64,000 nt of DNA from contig JAGOQE010000001.1 of NCBI GenBank assembly GCA_017991635.1, positions 131,965 through 195,964 of the forward strand. The letters are read 5' to 3'. Source of the stretch: Minisyncoccota bacterium. Lineage in GTDB: Bacteria > Patescibacteriota > Minisyncoccia > Phycocordibacterales > Phycocordibacteraceae. A program made the position numbers and the translations under genes. The notes beneath the pieces were generated by a model. That model had not been told where the DNA came from, searched no databases, and saw only the letters and a list, made by a program, of their open reading frames with translations. This document shows positions 19,332-27,578 of this stretch, in pieces; the stretch's first letter is position 1, and every line of letters begins with the position of its first letter.

Positions 19332-20432
19332 ATGATTTTTACTGTAGATAAACAAGAATTTAAAGAAGGAGTTCACAATGCTTCTCGCTTCTCTCAGAAA
19401 TCCGCGGGCTCTCTTCCTGCGTTGTCTGGTGTAGCACTTATTGCAACAGACAGCACTATTGCTCTACGCGCCACAAACCTCGAAACAGGGGTAGATATAC
19501 GAGTTACGGGTGAAGTGAAGGCTCCTGGTATTGCCGTCGTGCCAGCGTCCGTTTTACGCGAAATAACCGCATCTCAGATTGGAACAGGACTCCTTACTAT
19601 CGAACATTCTGGAGATATTCTCACGCTAACTTCTTCGGCAGGAAAAAGCACTATCAAGACATTGTCCGCTGATGATTTTCCTTCTGTTCCAGTGCCAGAA
19701 GGGAAGGTCGCAACAATCACCCTTCCGGGCGCTATTATTTCAAATCTTATTTCAACAGTTGTCTCTTGTGCGTCTCCTTCAACCGTTCGTCCCGAACTTG
19801 GCAGTGTATTACTTACTTCAAAGGGAAGTGAATTAGTTTCCGTCGCCACAGATTCCTTTAGGTTGGCAGAAAAGAGGGTGGCACTCTCAGAATCACTTCC
19901 TGAGTTTTCTATACTAATTCCAGCCAAAAACGCAGTTGAAATAGTGCAGACTATACCTGATACAGAGATTGAGATACGTGTTGATGAACACCAGTGTGCT
20001 TTTTCTTGGGCACAAGGCGTGCTTTCAACCCGTCTTGTAACACTTCCATACCCAGACTACGCACAGATAATTCCAAAGAGTTTTATTGCGGAAGCGACGC
20101 TTCTTAAAAAAGACTTGGACGCTAGTTTAAAACGCTCTTCAATATTTTCTGACTCATTTCAAAAGATAAAACTTACCATTCAACCCAATGAAAGTGTTGT
20201 GAGGCTATCAGCAAAAAATAACGATGTGGGTGAGTCAGTTGAAACCATACCAAGCGCTGTTACTGGAGAGACAGTGGAACTTTCATTTAATCATCGGTAC
20301 GTAAGTGCTCCACTTTCTATGGTTTCTGGTGAGAATATCGTGCTACAAGCAAGTGGTATTGGGCGCCCAATGCTTATTCGAGGACAAGGTGATGCTTCAT
20401 TTCTATATTTAGTAATGCCGATGAATCAATAA
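19332..20432 (+). CDS. dnaN: DNA polymerase III beta sliding clamp
   Basis: 366 aa, position after dnaA, three-domain clamp-like periodicity, N-terminus MIFTVDKQEFKEGV. Confidence 0.8.
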   Translation: MIFTVDKQEFKEGVHNASRFSQKSAGSLPALSGVALIATDSTIALRATNLETGVDIRVTGEVKAPGIAVVPASVLREITASQIGTGLLTIEHSGDILTLTSSAGKSTIKTLSADDFPSVPVPEGKVATITLPGAIISNLISTVVSCASPSTVRPELGSVLLTSKGSELVSVATDSFRLAEKRVALSESLPEFSILIPAKNAVEIVQTIPDTEIEIRVDEHQCAFSWAQGVLSTRLVTLPYPDYAQIIPKSFIAEATLLKKDLDASLKRSSIFSDSFQKIKLTIQPNESVVRLSAKNNDVGESVETIPSAVTGETVELSFNHRYVSAPLSMVSGENIVLQASGIGRPMLIRGQGDASFLYLVMPMNQ

Positions 20433-20437
20433 GGTTC

Positions 20438-20689
20438 ATGAAATCAATTGCTGAACTCCTCCTTAATCACCCTATCCCCGGTTTAAAAGAGGCGTATGTT
20501 AGAGAAGAGATAGCGTTTGTGGTAAGTGAGACTCTTGGTATTTCGTGTGTACCGAAACAAATTCAAGTCAAACACAGCGCTATATATATAGCTCTTCCGC
20601 CAGTTGCAAAGTCTGCCCTGCTGTTAAAACACACACAATTTACAAGTGCACTTATTAAAAAAGGTATAGACGTGGCACGTGTCGTATAA
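20438..20689 (+). CDS. Small protein, possibly DUF721/DciA-like, downstream of dnaN
   Basis: 83 aa. Position immediately after dnaN where DUF721 genes often sit. Weak pattern match (PKQIQVKHSAIYIALPPVAKSALLLK). Not verifiable without HMM search. Confidence 0.3.
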   Translation: MKSIAELLLNHPIPGLKEAYVREEIAFVVSETLGISCVPKQIQVKHSAIYIALPPVAKSALLLKHTQFTSALIKKGIDVARVV

Positions 20690-22897
20690 CTACTCCTCAG
20701 TACCTCCTGTGTTTTCAAAACCAGGAAGCGTGCGCAATATCTCAGGAGGGATTATCTCGTTAAGTATCTCGTGCTGATCGGGAGTCACACCTCCGCCACC
20801 CCAAGAGGAAAGAGGGTATTCCCAATATGTTGACTGAGCGTCTCCTCTTGAGGATCCGCCGCCAAGCGGATTGTCCTTTTGTACCCAGTACAAAATGTCG
20901 TGCACGCCATCGTTGCCCTGATACACACCACGAAGAGCGGCAGGAGCTGTGTCAGGGATCGCTCTTGGTGCCTCAAACAATTCTTTGGGATACTTCTGGA
21001 GAGCCTCCTTCATGAAGGCGCCCCACATTGGTGCAATGACGTATCCAGCGGTCTTGTGAAGCATGGGGGTGTTGTCATTGTTTCCGGCCCAAACCCCAAC
21101 AGCGATGGTTGGTGTGTATCCGATAGTCCACACGTCTCGATATTCGTTTGTGGTACCTGTCTTTGCCGCAACATCAAATCCAGGGAAGTAGAATGGGTTA
21201 TTTGGATTCTCCCGCGCCTCGTTATTAGAGAGCATGTATGAAACATCGTGGGTTACACCAGGGTCAATCGCGTCTTTTGGTTCAGCTTTAAATTCCTCAA
21301 GAGTCTTACCGCTTTTGTCCTTAATTGAAAGGATGCCCACTGGTTTGTTGTACACGCCGTTGTTTGCAAACGTTGCGTATGCATTAGTGATTTCCAAGAG
21401 TTTTACCTCTCCTGCACCAAGAGCAAGAGAAAGTCCGTAGTCTTTTGCCTTGCCTAGTGTAGTGATACCCGCACGACTAGCCAAATCAATCACACGGTCA
21501 ATTCCTGCAAGGTACATAGTCTTAACTGCAGGAACGTTAATAGACTGTGCGAGTGCCGTAGTAAAGGTCATAGGACCTCTAAACTTATCGTCATAGTTTC
21601 CCGGAGCATAGCAAGGATATGTGCTGTTGTAGTTGTCGCTTGGTGAACAGGAGGTTGAAAACTGTGTAGGCAAATCAAAAATAATGGTTTGTGGAGTGTA
21701 CCCTTTCTCCAAAGCTGCCGCGTATACAAACGGTTTGAAAGAAGAACCAGGCTGACGAGATGCAAGAGCAATATTGTAGTTTCCGTCTATGGTTGTATCA
21801 AAATAGTCTCGAGAACCAACCATGGCGAGAATTTGCCCTGTCTTCGGGTCAATGGCCACAAGTGATGCATTAGACGCGTTATACGCTGCTTGATTCCTGA
21901 GGGCGTACTCTTTAACCAGGTTTTCAGCAGTGTTTTGAAGGTCTGCATCTAGTGTCGTGGTGATAGAAAGTCCCTGTGTTGCGACATCAGCGCCGTACGT
22001 GTCTTCAAGGTACTGTCTAATATAAAAGACAAAGTGGGGGGCAATAATAGAGCTGTTTTGTTGAGCATTAAATACTACCTTCTCATTCTTTGCGTCCTCA
22101 TACTGTTCCTTTGTGATGTATCCAAGCTCAAGCATGCGCCCAAGTACTCGATTTTTGCGGGCATCTAACTCCTCTCTATTGTTACCGTATGGGGAATAGA
22201 ATGTTGGTGCTTGCGGAAGACCTGCAAGGTAGGCTGCTTCAGCAAGCGAGACATCCTTTGCGCTTACTCCAAAAAAGGCACGCGCTGCCGCCTCAACACC
22301 GTACAAACTACCTCCATACGGCGCATCGTTCAGATACATTTCCAAAATCTCATCCTTTGAATAGGCACTTTCAAGTTTCCACGCAAGAAACCACTCATGA
22401 ATTTTACGGGGAATACTCTTTTCCCCTGTGAGCACCGTAAGTTTTACCACTTGTTGCGTAATTGTGGACCCTCCCTGGCTGTAAGATCCAGATTGTATGT
22501 TGGCTATAAGGGCACGCAAAAACGATATTGGACGCACACCACTGTGTGAGTAAAACTGGTCATCTTCAATTGCAATTGCAGCTTTTTGTACGTAAGGAGA
22601 AATGGATTCTAGTGGCACTTCAAGCCTACGAACGTCAGTATTTAAATCATAGAGCACTGTCTCTCCAGTACGATCATAGATCTTCGTTGAAACAGCAATT
22701 TTCCTGTTTAGAAATGATTGAAAGTCAGGGGCGGGGGAAAGAGCAATCCATAAAAGGGTGAGGCCTGCAAAGACAAGAGCACCGCCACCCATGATATACA
22801 CAAGCTTAAGCAGAGGATGAGGGTCCTTGAGCGTTGACTTAATAGCGCCTTTTTTATGTTTACGGCTCATGGAGATGTATGTAGAAAATCCTAACAC
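20690..22897 (-). CDS. Bifunctional penicillin-binding protein 1A (GT51 transglycosylase + transpeptidase)
   Basis: N-terminal TM. GT51 motifs AAIAIEDDQFYSHSGV, GGSTITQQVVK. TPase motifs SSFKPF (SxxK), SIN, KTGT. Confidence 0.9.
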   Translation of the reverse strand: MLGFSTYISMSRKHKKGAIKSTLKDPHPLLKLVYIMGGGALVFAGLTLLWIALSPAPDFQSFLNRKIAVSTKIYDRTGETVLYDLNTDVRRLEVPLESISPYVQKAAIAIEDDQFYSHSGVRPISFLRALIANIQSGSYSQGGSTITQQVVKLTVLTGEKSIPRKIHEWFLAWKLESAYSKDEILEMYLNDAPYGGSLYGVEAAARAFFGVSAKDVSLAEAAYLAGLPQAPTFYSPYGNNREELDARKNRVLGRMLELGYITKEQYEDAKNEKVVFNAQQNSSIIAPHFVFYIRQYLEDTYGADVATQGLSITTTLDADLQNTAENLVKEYALRNQAAYNASNASLVAIDPKTGQILAMVGSRDYFDTTIDGNYNIALASRQPGSSFKPFVYAAALEKGYTPQTIIFDLPTQFSTSCSPSDNYNSTYPCYAPGNYDDKFRGPMTFTTALAQSINVPAVKTMYLAGIDRVIDLASRAGITTLGKAKDYGLSLALGAGEVKLLEITNAYATFANNGVYNKPVGILSIKDKSGKTLEEFKAEPKDAIDPGVTHDVSYMLSNNEARENPNNPFYFPGFDVAAKTGTTNEYRDVWTIGYTPTIAVGVWAGNNDNTPMLHKTAGYVIAPMWGAFMKEALQKYPKELFEAPRAIPDTAPAALRGVYQGNDGVHDILYWVQKDNPLGGGSSRGDAQSTYWEYPLSSWGGGGVTPDQHEILNEIIPPEILRTLPGFENTGGTEE

Positions 22898-22898
22898 A

Positions 22899-22925
22899 AG
22901 AAAGGCCCCGTAGGGCCTTTCTTAA
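22899..22925. terminator. Stem-loop (AAAGGCCCCGTAGGGCCTTT) between ruvC-side and PBP1A genes; possible intrinsic terminator
   Basis: Perfect 8 bp GC-rich inverted repeat with 4 nt loop seen directly. Flanking T/A runs weak. Confidence 0.4.
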
Positions 22926-23132
22926 CTACATTGCTTCCTCGTCTGCGGACTCTTCTTCCTCTTCTTCCATGTCCTCGTCCATCTCTTCTTCGTCGAGTTC
23001 ATCATCTCCCATTGCACCGCCCATCATTTCATCGTCCATGATCATGGCTACGAAAACTAGGTTAATCATGCATACGGCAAAAACCGTAAGCCCCTCTATT
23101 TCATCAGACTTTGAAAGTATTACAAGTCTAGA

Positions 23133-23612
23133 CTACACACTCTGTGGATAGCGGTCAGCAAGTCCGCAAATACCAACAGCGATGGCATCCATCTCGTCAT
23201 CAAGACGCTTTTTAGTGGGGAGGGCAAGGAGCCGAGGAATCATGGCGATAACTGCATTCTTGTCAGCGCCACCATATCCTGTAACGGCGAGTTTCACCTG
23301 TTGTGGTGAATATTCCTTAACAGGAAGTGCATGAGCGCCTGCTTCAGCAAGTATGGCTCCTCGTGCCTCAGCGACTCCAAGAGCGGTTTTCTTATTTACA
23401 CTAAAGAACAGCGACTCAATAGACATTTTCTCTGGGGCGTATGTTTCAATCGCGTCTCTTACTGCCTTTTGGATTGTGTGTAGTCGAACAGAAGGTGCGC
23501 CTTTTTGGGGCTGTATACACTCACTCCACACTAACACTGGTTTACTAGGGTCGCCTTCAAGTACGGCAAGACCCATACGATCAAATCCCGGATCAATCGC
23601 CAGTATTCTCAT
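23133..23612 (-). CDS. ruvC: Crossover junction endodeoxyribonuclease RuvC
   Basis: MRILAIDPGFDRMGLAVLEG... catalytic D in IDPG, ...DAIAVGICGL. ORF-track N-terminal extension to 23705 overlaps yebC and is unlikely; alternative start 23624. Confidence 0.8.
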   Translation of the reverse strand: MRILAIDPGFDRMGLAVLEGDPSKPVLVWSECIQPQKGAPSVRLHTIQKAVRDAIETYAPEKMSIESLFFSVNKKTALGVAEARGAILAEAGAHALPVKEYSPQQVKLAVTGYGGADKNAVIAMIPRLLALPTKKRLDDEMDAIAVGICGLADRYPQSV

Positions 23613-24150
23613 AACCTCTCGCATTTGTGAACACCTCCTGCACATCATCATGCTCATCAAAAATATCAAGGAGTGTGTTAAGAGAGGTTTCGTCTTCTTC
23701 AGCAATATCCATCAAAGGTTCGTTTGGAGAGAATCGACCATCAGGAAATTTAGTGAAGGCCCATGAGGCAGAACCAGGGGTTCCAAGCTCGTAACCGTTC
23801 TTCGAGATGAGGTGCTTAATTTCAGCAGTGGTTCTGTTTTTGCTATCAGTGAGTGCAAGAACGATGAGGGCAACACCACCTGGACCATAAAATTCATACG
23901 CTACCTGCTCTAGCTCACCAGCTTCTTTTGAAGTGCCCTTTTGAACAGCGCGTTCAATATTATCTTTCGGCATATTCACTGCCTTTGCGCGTTCGATAAC
24001 ACTCATAAGTCCTGGAGAGGAGAGGTTACCTTGTGCCTTTTTCGATTCAATTGTAATGAGACGTGCAAATTTTGAGAAGGTACGACTCCGCGCCCCATCA
24101 GTTACCGCCTTTGCTCGTTTAATTTGTGCCCACTTACTATGTCCTGCCAT
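23593..24150 (-). CDS. yebC: YebC/PmpR-family probable transcriptional regulator (short form)
   Basis: MAGHSKWAQIKRAKAVTDGARSRTFSKFARLITI... conserved YebC N-terminus. Sits between ruvC and ruvB as in many bacteria. Confidence 0.8.
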   Translation of the reverse strand: MAGHSKWAQIKRAKAVTDGARSRTFSKFARLITIESKKAQGNLSSPGLMSVIERAKAVNMPKDNIERAVQKGTSKEAGELEQVAYEFYGPGGVALIVLALTDSKNRTTAEIKHLISKNGYELGTPGSASWAFTKFPDGRFSPNEPLMDIAEEDETSLNTLLDIFDEHDDVQEVFTNARGYENTGD

Positions 24151-24153
24151 ATG

Positions 24154-25131
24154 TTATGCAATATACTCTCTTCCTTTTTGTGTAAGCAAGCGACCGCGAG
24201 GAGAGCGTTCTATAAATCCAAGGCGAAGCAGGTAAGGTTCATATATATCTTCAACCGTATCTGGATCCTCGTGTAGTGCTGAGGCGAGCGCACGAATACC
24301 CGCAGGCCCTCCCTTAAATCCATCTCGGAGTGTCGTCAGATACCGCATGTCGTCCTTAGTGAGTCCAAGTTCATCAATACCAAAAAGTTTACATGCCTCG
24401 TCACACACCGCACCAGACAAAGGCTTCTCATGTACCTCAGAATAATCACGAACACGTTTGAGAAGGGCATTGGCAACGCGAGGTGTGGCACGGCTACGAG
24501 AGGCAACCTTTTCTATTACCTCGCTATCGGGTGAAAGCGAAAGAAGCTCTGCTGAACGCGCGATAATACGACGCAGGTCTTCGTCATTATAAAAATCAAG
24601 CTGGTACACACCACCACCAAAACGGGAACGTAGCGGACTTGAAAGCTGGGATACTTTTGTGGTGGCTCCTACAAGAACAAACGGAGGAAGAGCAAGCTCA
24701 ACTGTGCGTGCTGAAGGTCCCTTCCCGAGAATGATGTCGAGGGTGCCTGATTCAAGGGCGGGGTAGAGGAGCTCCTCAATCTTGCTTGAGAGTTGGTGTA
24801 TCTCATCAATGAACAATACTGAGCCTGGTTCAAGATTCGTAAGAATCGCTGCCAAATCTCCAGCCCGCTCAATGGCAACTCCCGATGTTGATTTGAAGGG
24901 AGCGTCTAGTGATTTTGCAATTAGGTGGGCGAGCGTAGTCTTACCGACACCAGGCGGGCCGTAAAAAAGAATGTGCTCAGGCATCGCGCCACGCTTTTTT
25001 GCGGCCTCCAAAACCACTTCAATATTTGCTTTAACGTGTCCTTGGCCCACATAGTGCTCCCACACAGAAGGACGCAGGGTTGCGTCAAGCATGCGCTCGC
25101 CATCATAGAGTGTCTTGGGGGTACTTGACAT
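24154..25131 (-). CDS. ruvB: Holliday junction branch-migration ATPase RuvB
   Basis: Walker A GPPGVGKTTLAHLIA, Walker B LFIDEIHQL, sensor/arginine finger region, C-terminal winged helix. Confidence 0.9.
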   Translation of the reverse strand: MSSTPKTLYDGERMLDATLRPSVWEHYVGQGHVKANIEVVLEAAKKRGAMPEHILFYGPPGVGKTTLAHLIAKSLDAPFKSTSGVAIERAGDLAAILTNLEPGSVLFIDEIHQLSSKIEELLYPALESGTLDIILGKGPSARTVELALPPFVLVGATTKVSQLSSPLRSRFGGGVYQLDFYNDEDLRRIIARSAELLSLSPDSEVIEKVASRSRATPRVANALLKRVRDYSEVHEKPLSGAVCDEACKLFGIDELGLTKDDMRYLTTLRDGFKGGPAGIRALASALHEDPDTVEDIYEPYLLRLGFIERSPRGRLLTQKGREYIA

Positions 25132-25375
25132 AAAATCAGGGTGTGCTAGGATTATATCATACCTGGAACGGCCAGGTGAGGACCTTCAGAAGGCCCTTTT
25201 TCTTTTACATAATTCCCGCATAGAACCCTCTAGGCAAGGCTTGACGGCTTAGGGCGTCTCCCCAAGGATTCATCTGGTACCACGCTTTGACGTGGAGCGC
25301 TGGAAGTACTCCTCAGGCGTTTCGTTCACCCATCATATTTCTGATGGGAGTGCCTGGAGGGTTTTGTGCAGGAAC

Positions 25376-25409
25376 CGTAAAAACACCCGAGACTGAGTCT
25401 CGGGTGTTT
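25376..25409 (-). terminator. Intrinsic terminator downstream of pilB/gspE
   Basis: AAAAACACCCGAGACTGAGTCTCGGGTGTTTTTA: 11 bp stem, 4 nt loop, T-run on minus strand immediately after stop at 25410. Confidence 0.7.
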
Positions 25410-27086
25410 TTACGTTAGAGGAACATCAACGACACTAAACACTTCTTCGAGCGAGGTGAGTCCGGCAAGCGCTTTGATGATACCGTCTTGCGCCATGGTG
25501 AGTTGTCCTTGTCGTCGTGTATCTTTCTCAATCTCTGCAGAGGAAGGTCCCATGCGAAGAAGGTCAGCAAGTTGCTGGTCCATGAAAATGGCTTCGTACA
25601 AACCTACTCGACCCTTGTACCCATCTTCCTCATTGCCTGGCACCCAAACCTCATCAAACGACACAGGACGAAGGGAGGAGTCAGTAAGTGTTTCAAATGC
25701 CTTCTCCATCATGCGTTTTTCGTCTGGTGTTGATGGTCTCTTAATTTTTGTCTCAGGATTAAGCGTGCGCACAAGTCGCTGTGCCATAGCAACCGTTACC
25801 GCGGAAGGAATGGTTTTAGGGTCAATACCAAGATCCATAAGGCGAGGGAAGGCCCCGGCAGCGTTGTTGGTGTGTAGTGTAGAAAATACGAAGTGTCCCG
25901 TGAGCGCGGCCTGAATTGCAGTCTCGGCAACTTCCATATCTCGAATCTCACCCACCATGATGACGTCAGGGTCTTGGCGAAGTACTGAACGGAGGCCAGA
26001 GGCAAATGTATATTCGTGACCATCAATTTGTGTCTGCACAATTCCTGGAAGATGATATTCGACCGGGTCTTCAATTGTCACAATCTTAATGTCTGGTGTG
26101 TGAATCTCTCGAAGGAAGGCGTAGAGCGTAGTGGTCTTACCAGAACCAGTAGGTCCTGTCGTGAGTAGAAGGCCGTTAGGGCGACGAATCTCCAAAAGCA
26201 AACGTTCAAGAAGCTTAGGGTGAATTCCCATTTCAGAGAGTCCACGTTCGATACCTGACGGGTCAAGAATACGGAGCACTGCAGACTCACCATAGTTTCC
26301 TGGAATAATGGATGTTCTTATTTCAATTTCCTTACCTGAAAGTTGTACGCTAAAGCGCCCATCTTGCGCTCTGTTGGCTACGTTTAACTTCAATCCCGAT
26401 AGAAGCTTTATGCGGGAGTTAATGAGTTGGTGTGAGTGTGGGTCAAGAAAGAAAATGTCAGTCAAGACTCCATCAAGACGTAGGCGAAGGCGCACGTTCT
26501 CCTCCTCTGGCTCAAAGTGAATATCAGATGCCCGCAAGGCAAAGGCACTCGCGAGAATTCCCTCAAGGACGAGTGAAATTTGAGCACGCTCCTTTCCTTG
26601 TAGTCTAGTGACTAAAAATTCTCTCAACGAGGAGACTGTTCCAAGGTCTTGGGTGAGTGTTTTAAAACGTTCAGGATCAATTGCAAACACACCTTCGGAA
26701 GATTTGCTCGCAAAAGAAAGTTCCTTGTATTGAGCTAGACCTTTGGCAAGGGAACGGTGTGACATGAGGTATTGCTCAATCAAGAACCCTTGTGTCTCAA
26801 GATCGTGAAGTACACGAGTCACATTTTCGTTAACTGGGTTTCTAAGTGCTAGAGAAAGGTGCTTTCCATTCTTTTCAAAGGCAATTGCCTCACTTTGTTC
26901 GGCATCTGTTTCAGTAATAAGACGCAGAGCCTCCATATCAATAGGCACAACCGTGAGATCGGTGTAGTGAATACCATATTTTTCGGAAAGGATTCGTGTA
27001 ACGTCTTCTTCTTCTCGCTCGTGTATATCAGCAAGCTTCTTATCTTCAGCGTCAGTATCAAAACCGTGTTGCATGTTCTCTATCAT
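25410..27086 (-). CDS. pilB: Type II/IV secretion system ATPase (GspE/PilB family), probable type IV pilus assembly ATPase
   Basis: Walker A LLTTGPTGSGKTTTLYA, Asp box, Walker B IMVGEIRD, His box. N-terminal T2SSE_N-like domain. Start chosen at MIENMQHG (27086); ORF-track extension to 27341 is Cys/His-rich junk. Confidence 0.85.
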   Translation of the reverse strand: MIENMQHGFDTDAEDKKLADIHEREEEDVTRILSEKYGIHYTDLTVVPIDMEALRLITETDAEQSEAIAFEKNGKHLSLALRNPVNENVTRVLHDLETQGFLIEQYLMSHRSLAKGLAQYKELSFASKSSEGVFAIDPERFKTLTQDLGTVSSLREFLVTRLQGKERAQISLVLEGILASAFALRASDIHFEPEEENVRLRLRLDGVLTDIFFLDPHSHQLINSRIKLLSGLKLNVANRAQDGRFSVQLSGKEIEIRTSIIPGNYGESAVLRILDPSGIERGLSEMGIHPKLLERLLLEIRRPNGLLLTTGPTGSGKTTTLYAFLREIHTPDIKIVTIEDPVEYHLPGIVQTQIDGHEYTFASGLRSVLRQDPDVIMVGEIRDMEVAETAIQAALTGHFVFSTLHTNNAAGAFPRLMDLGIDPKTIPSAVTVAMAQRLVRTLNPETKIKRPSTPDEKRMMEKAFETLTDSSLRPVSFDEVWVPGNEEDGYKGRVGLYEAIFMDQQLADLLRMGPSSAEIEKDTRRQGQLTMAQDGIIKALAGLTSLEEVFSVVDVPLT

Positions 27087-27140
27087 AACGCATGAAAACG
27101 CTAATCGCAGGGGCAAAGGAACCTTGGTACAATGAGGTAA

Positions 27141-27578
27141 ATGGAATATACAGCGCACACTCGCGACGAACTCTTTGTGGTGGCAGGAACTATTTTGAAA
27201 GAACTTACTCCTGTACAGAAACGAGCAACACTTGTGACGCTTTCTGGCGAACTTGGTGCAGGTAAAACTGCCCTTACCCAAGAAATTGCAAAACAACTTG
27301 GTGTATACACAGCAGTGCAAAGCCCAACTTTTGTAATCCAAAAGTCATATCGAGTTGATGATGATCACTTTAAAACCCTCGTGCATATTGACGCGTACCG
27401 ACTGACTTCGTTTAAGGATCTTGAAGACATCCATATAAAGGAGACACTCAGTGAACCGACCAACCTCGTAATCATCGAGTGGCCGGAATGTGTTCCGGGC
27501 TTACCTCAGGCAGATGTAGCCCTTCGCGTTACTCCACAAGAGGACGGAGAACGTACTATTTCCTATGAAGCAGAATAA
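27141..27578 (+). CDS. tsaE: tRNA threonylcarbamoyladenosine biosynthesis protein TsaE (YjeE)
   Basis: P-loop LSGELGAGKTALTQEIAKQLGV, 145 aa, typical TsaE size. Confidence 0.75.
   Translation: MEYTAHTRDELFVVAGTILKELTPVQKRATLVTLSGELGAGKTALTQEIAKQLGVYTAVQSPTFVIQKSYRVDDDHFKTLVHIDAYRLTSFKDLEDIHIKETLSEPTNLVIIEWPECVPGLPQADVALRVTPQEDGERTISYEAE

Noticed and set aside
22969-23151. 60 aa poly-Ser plus-strand ORF.
   Set aside because: Pure low-complexity sequence, the mirror of the acidic minus-strand micro-ORF and of GA-rich DNA. It overlaps the ruvC 3' end.
27087-27341. N-terminal 85 aa extension of the pilB/gspE ORF as listed in the track.
   Set aside because: Cys/His/Phe-rich low-plausibility sequence. 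The conserved T2SSE N-domain starts at MIENMQHG (27086), and the extension would overlap the tsaE promoter region.
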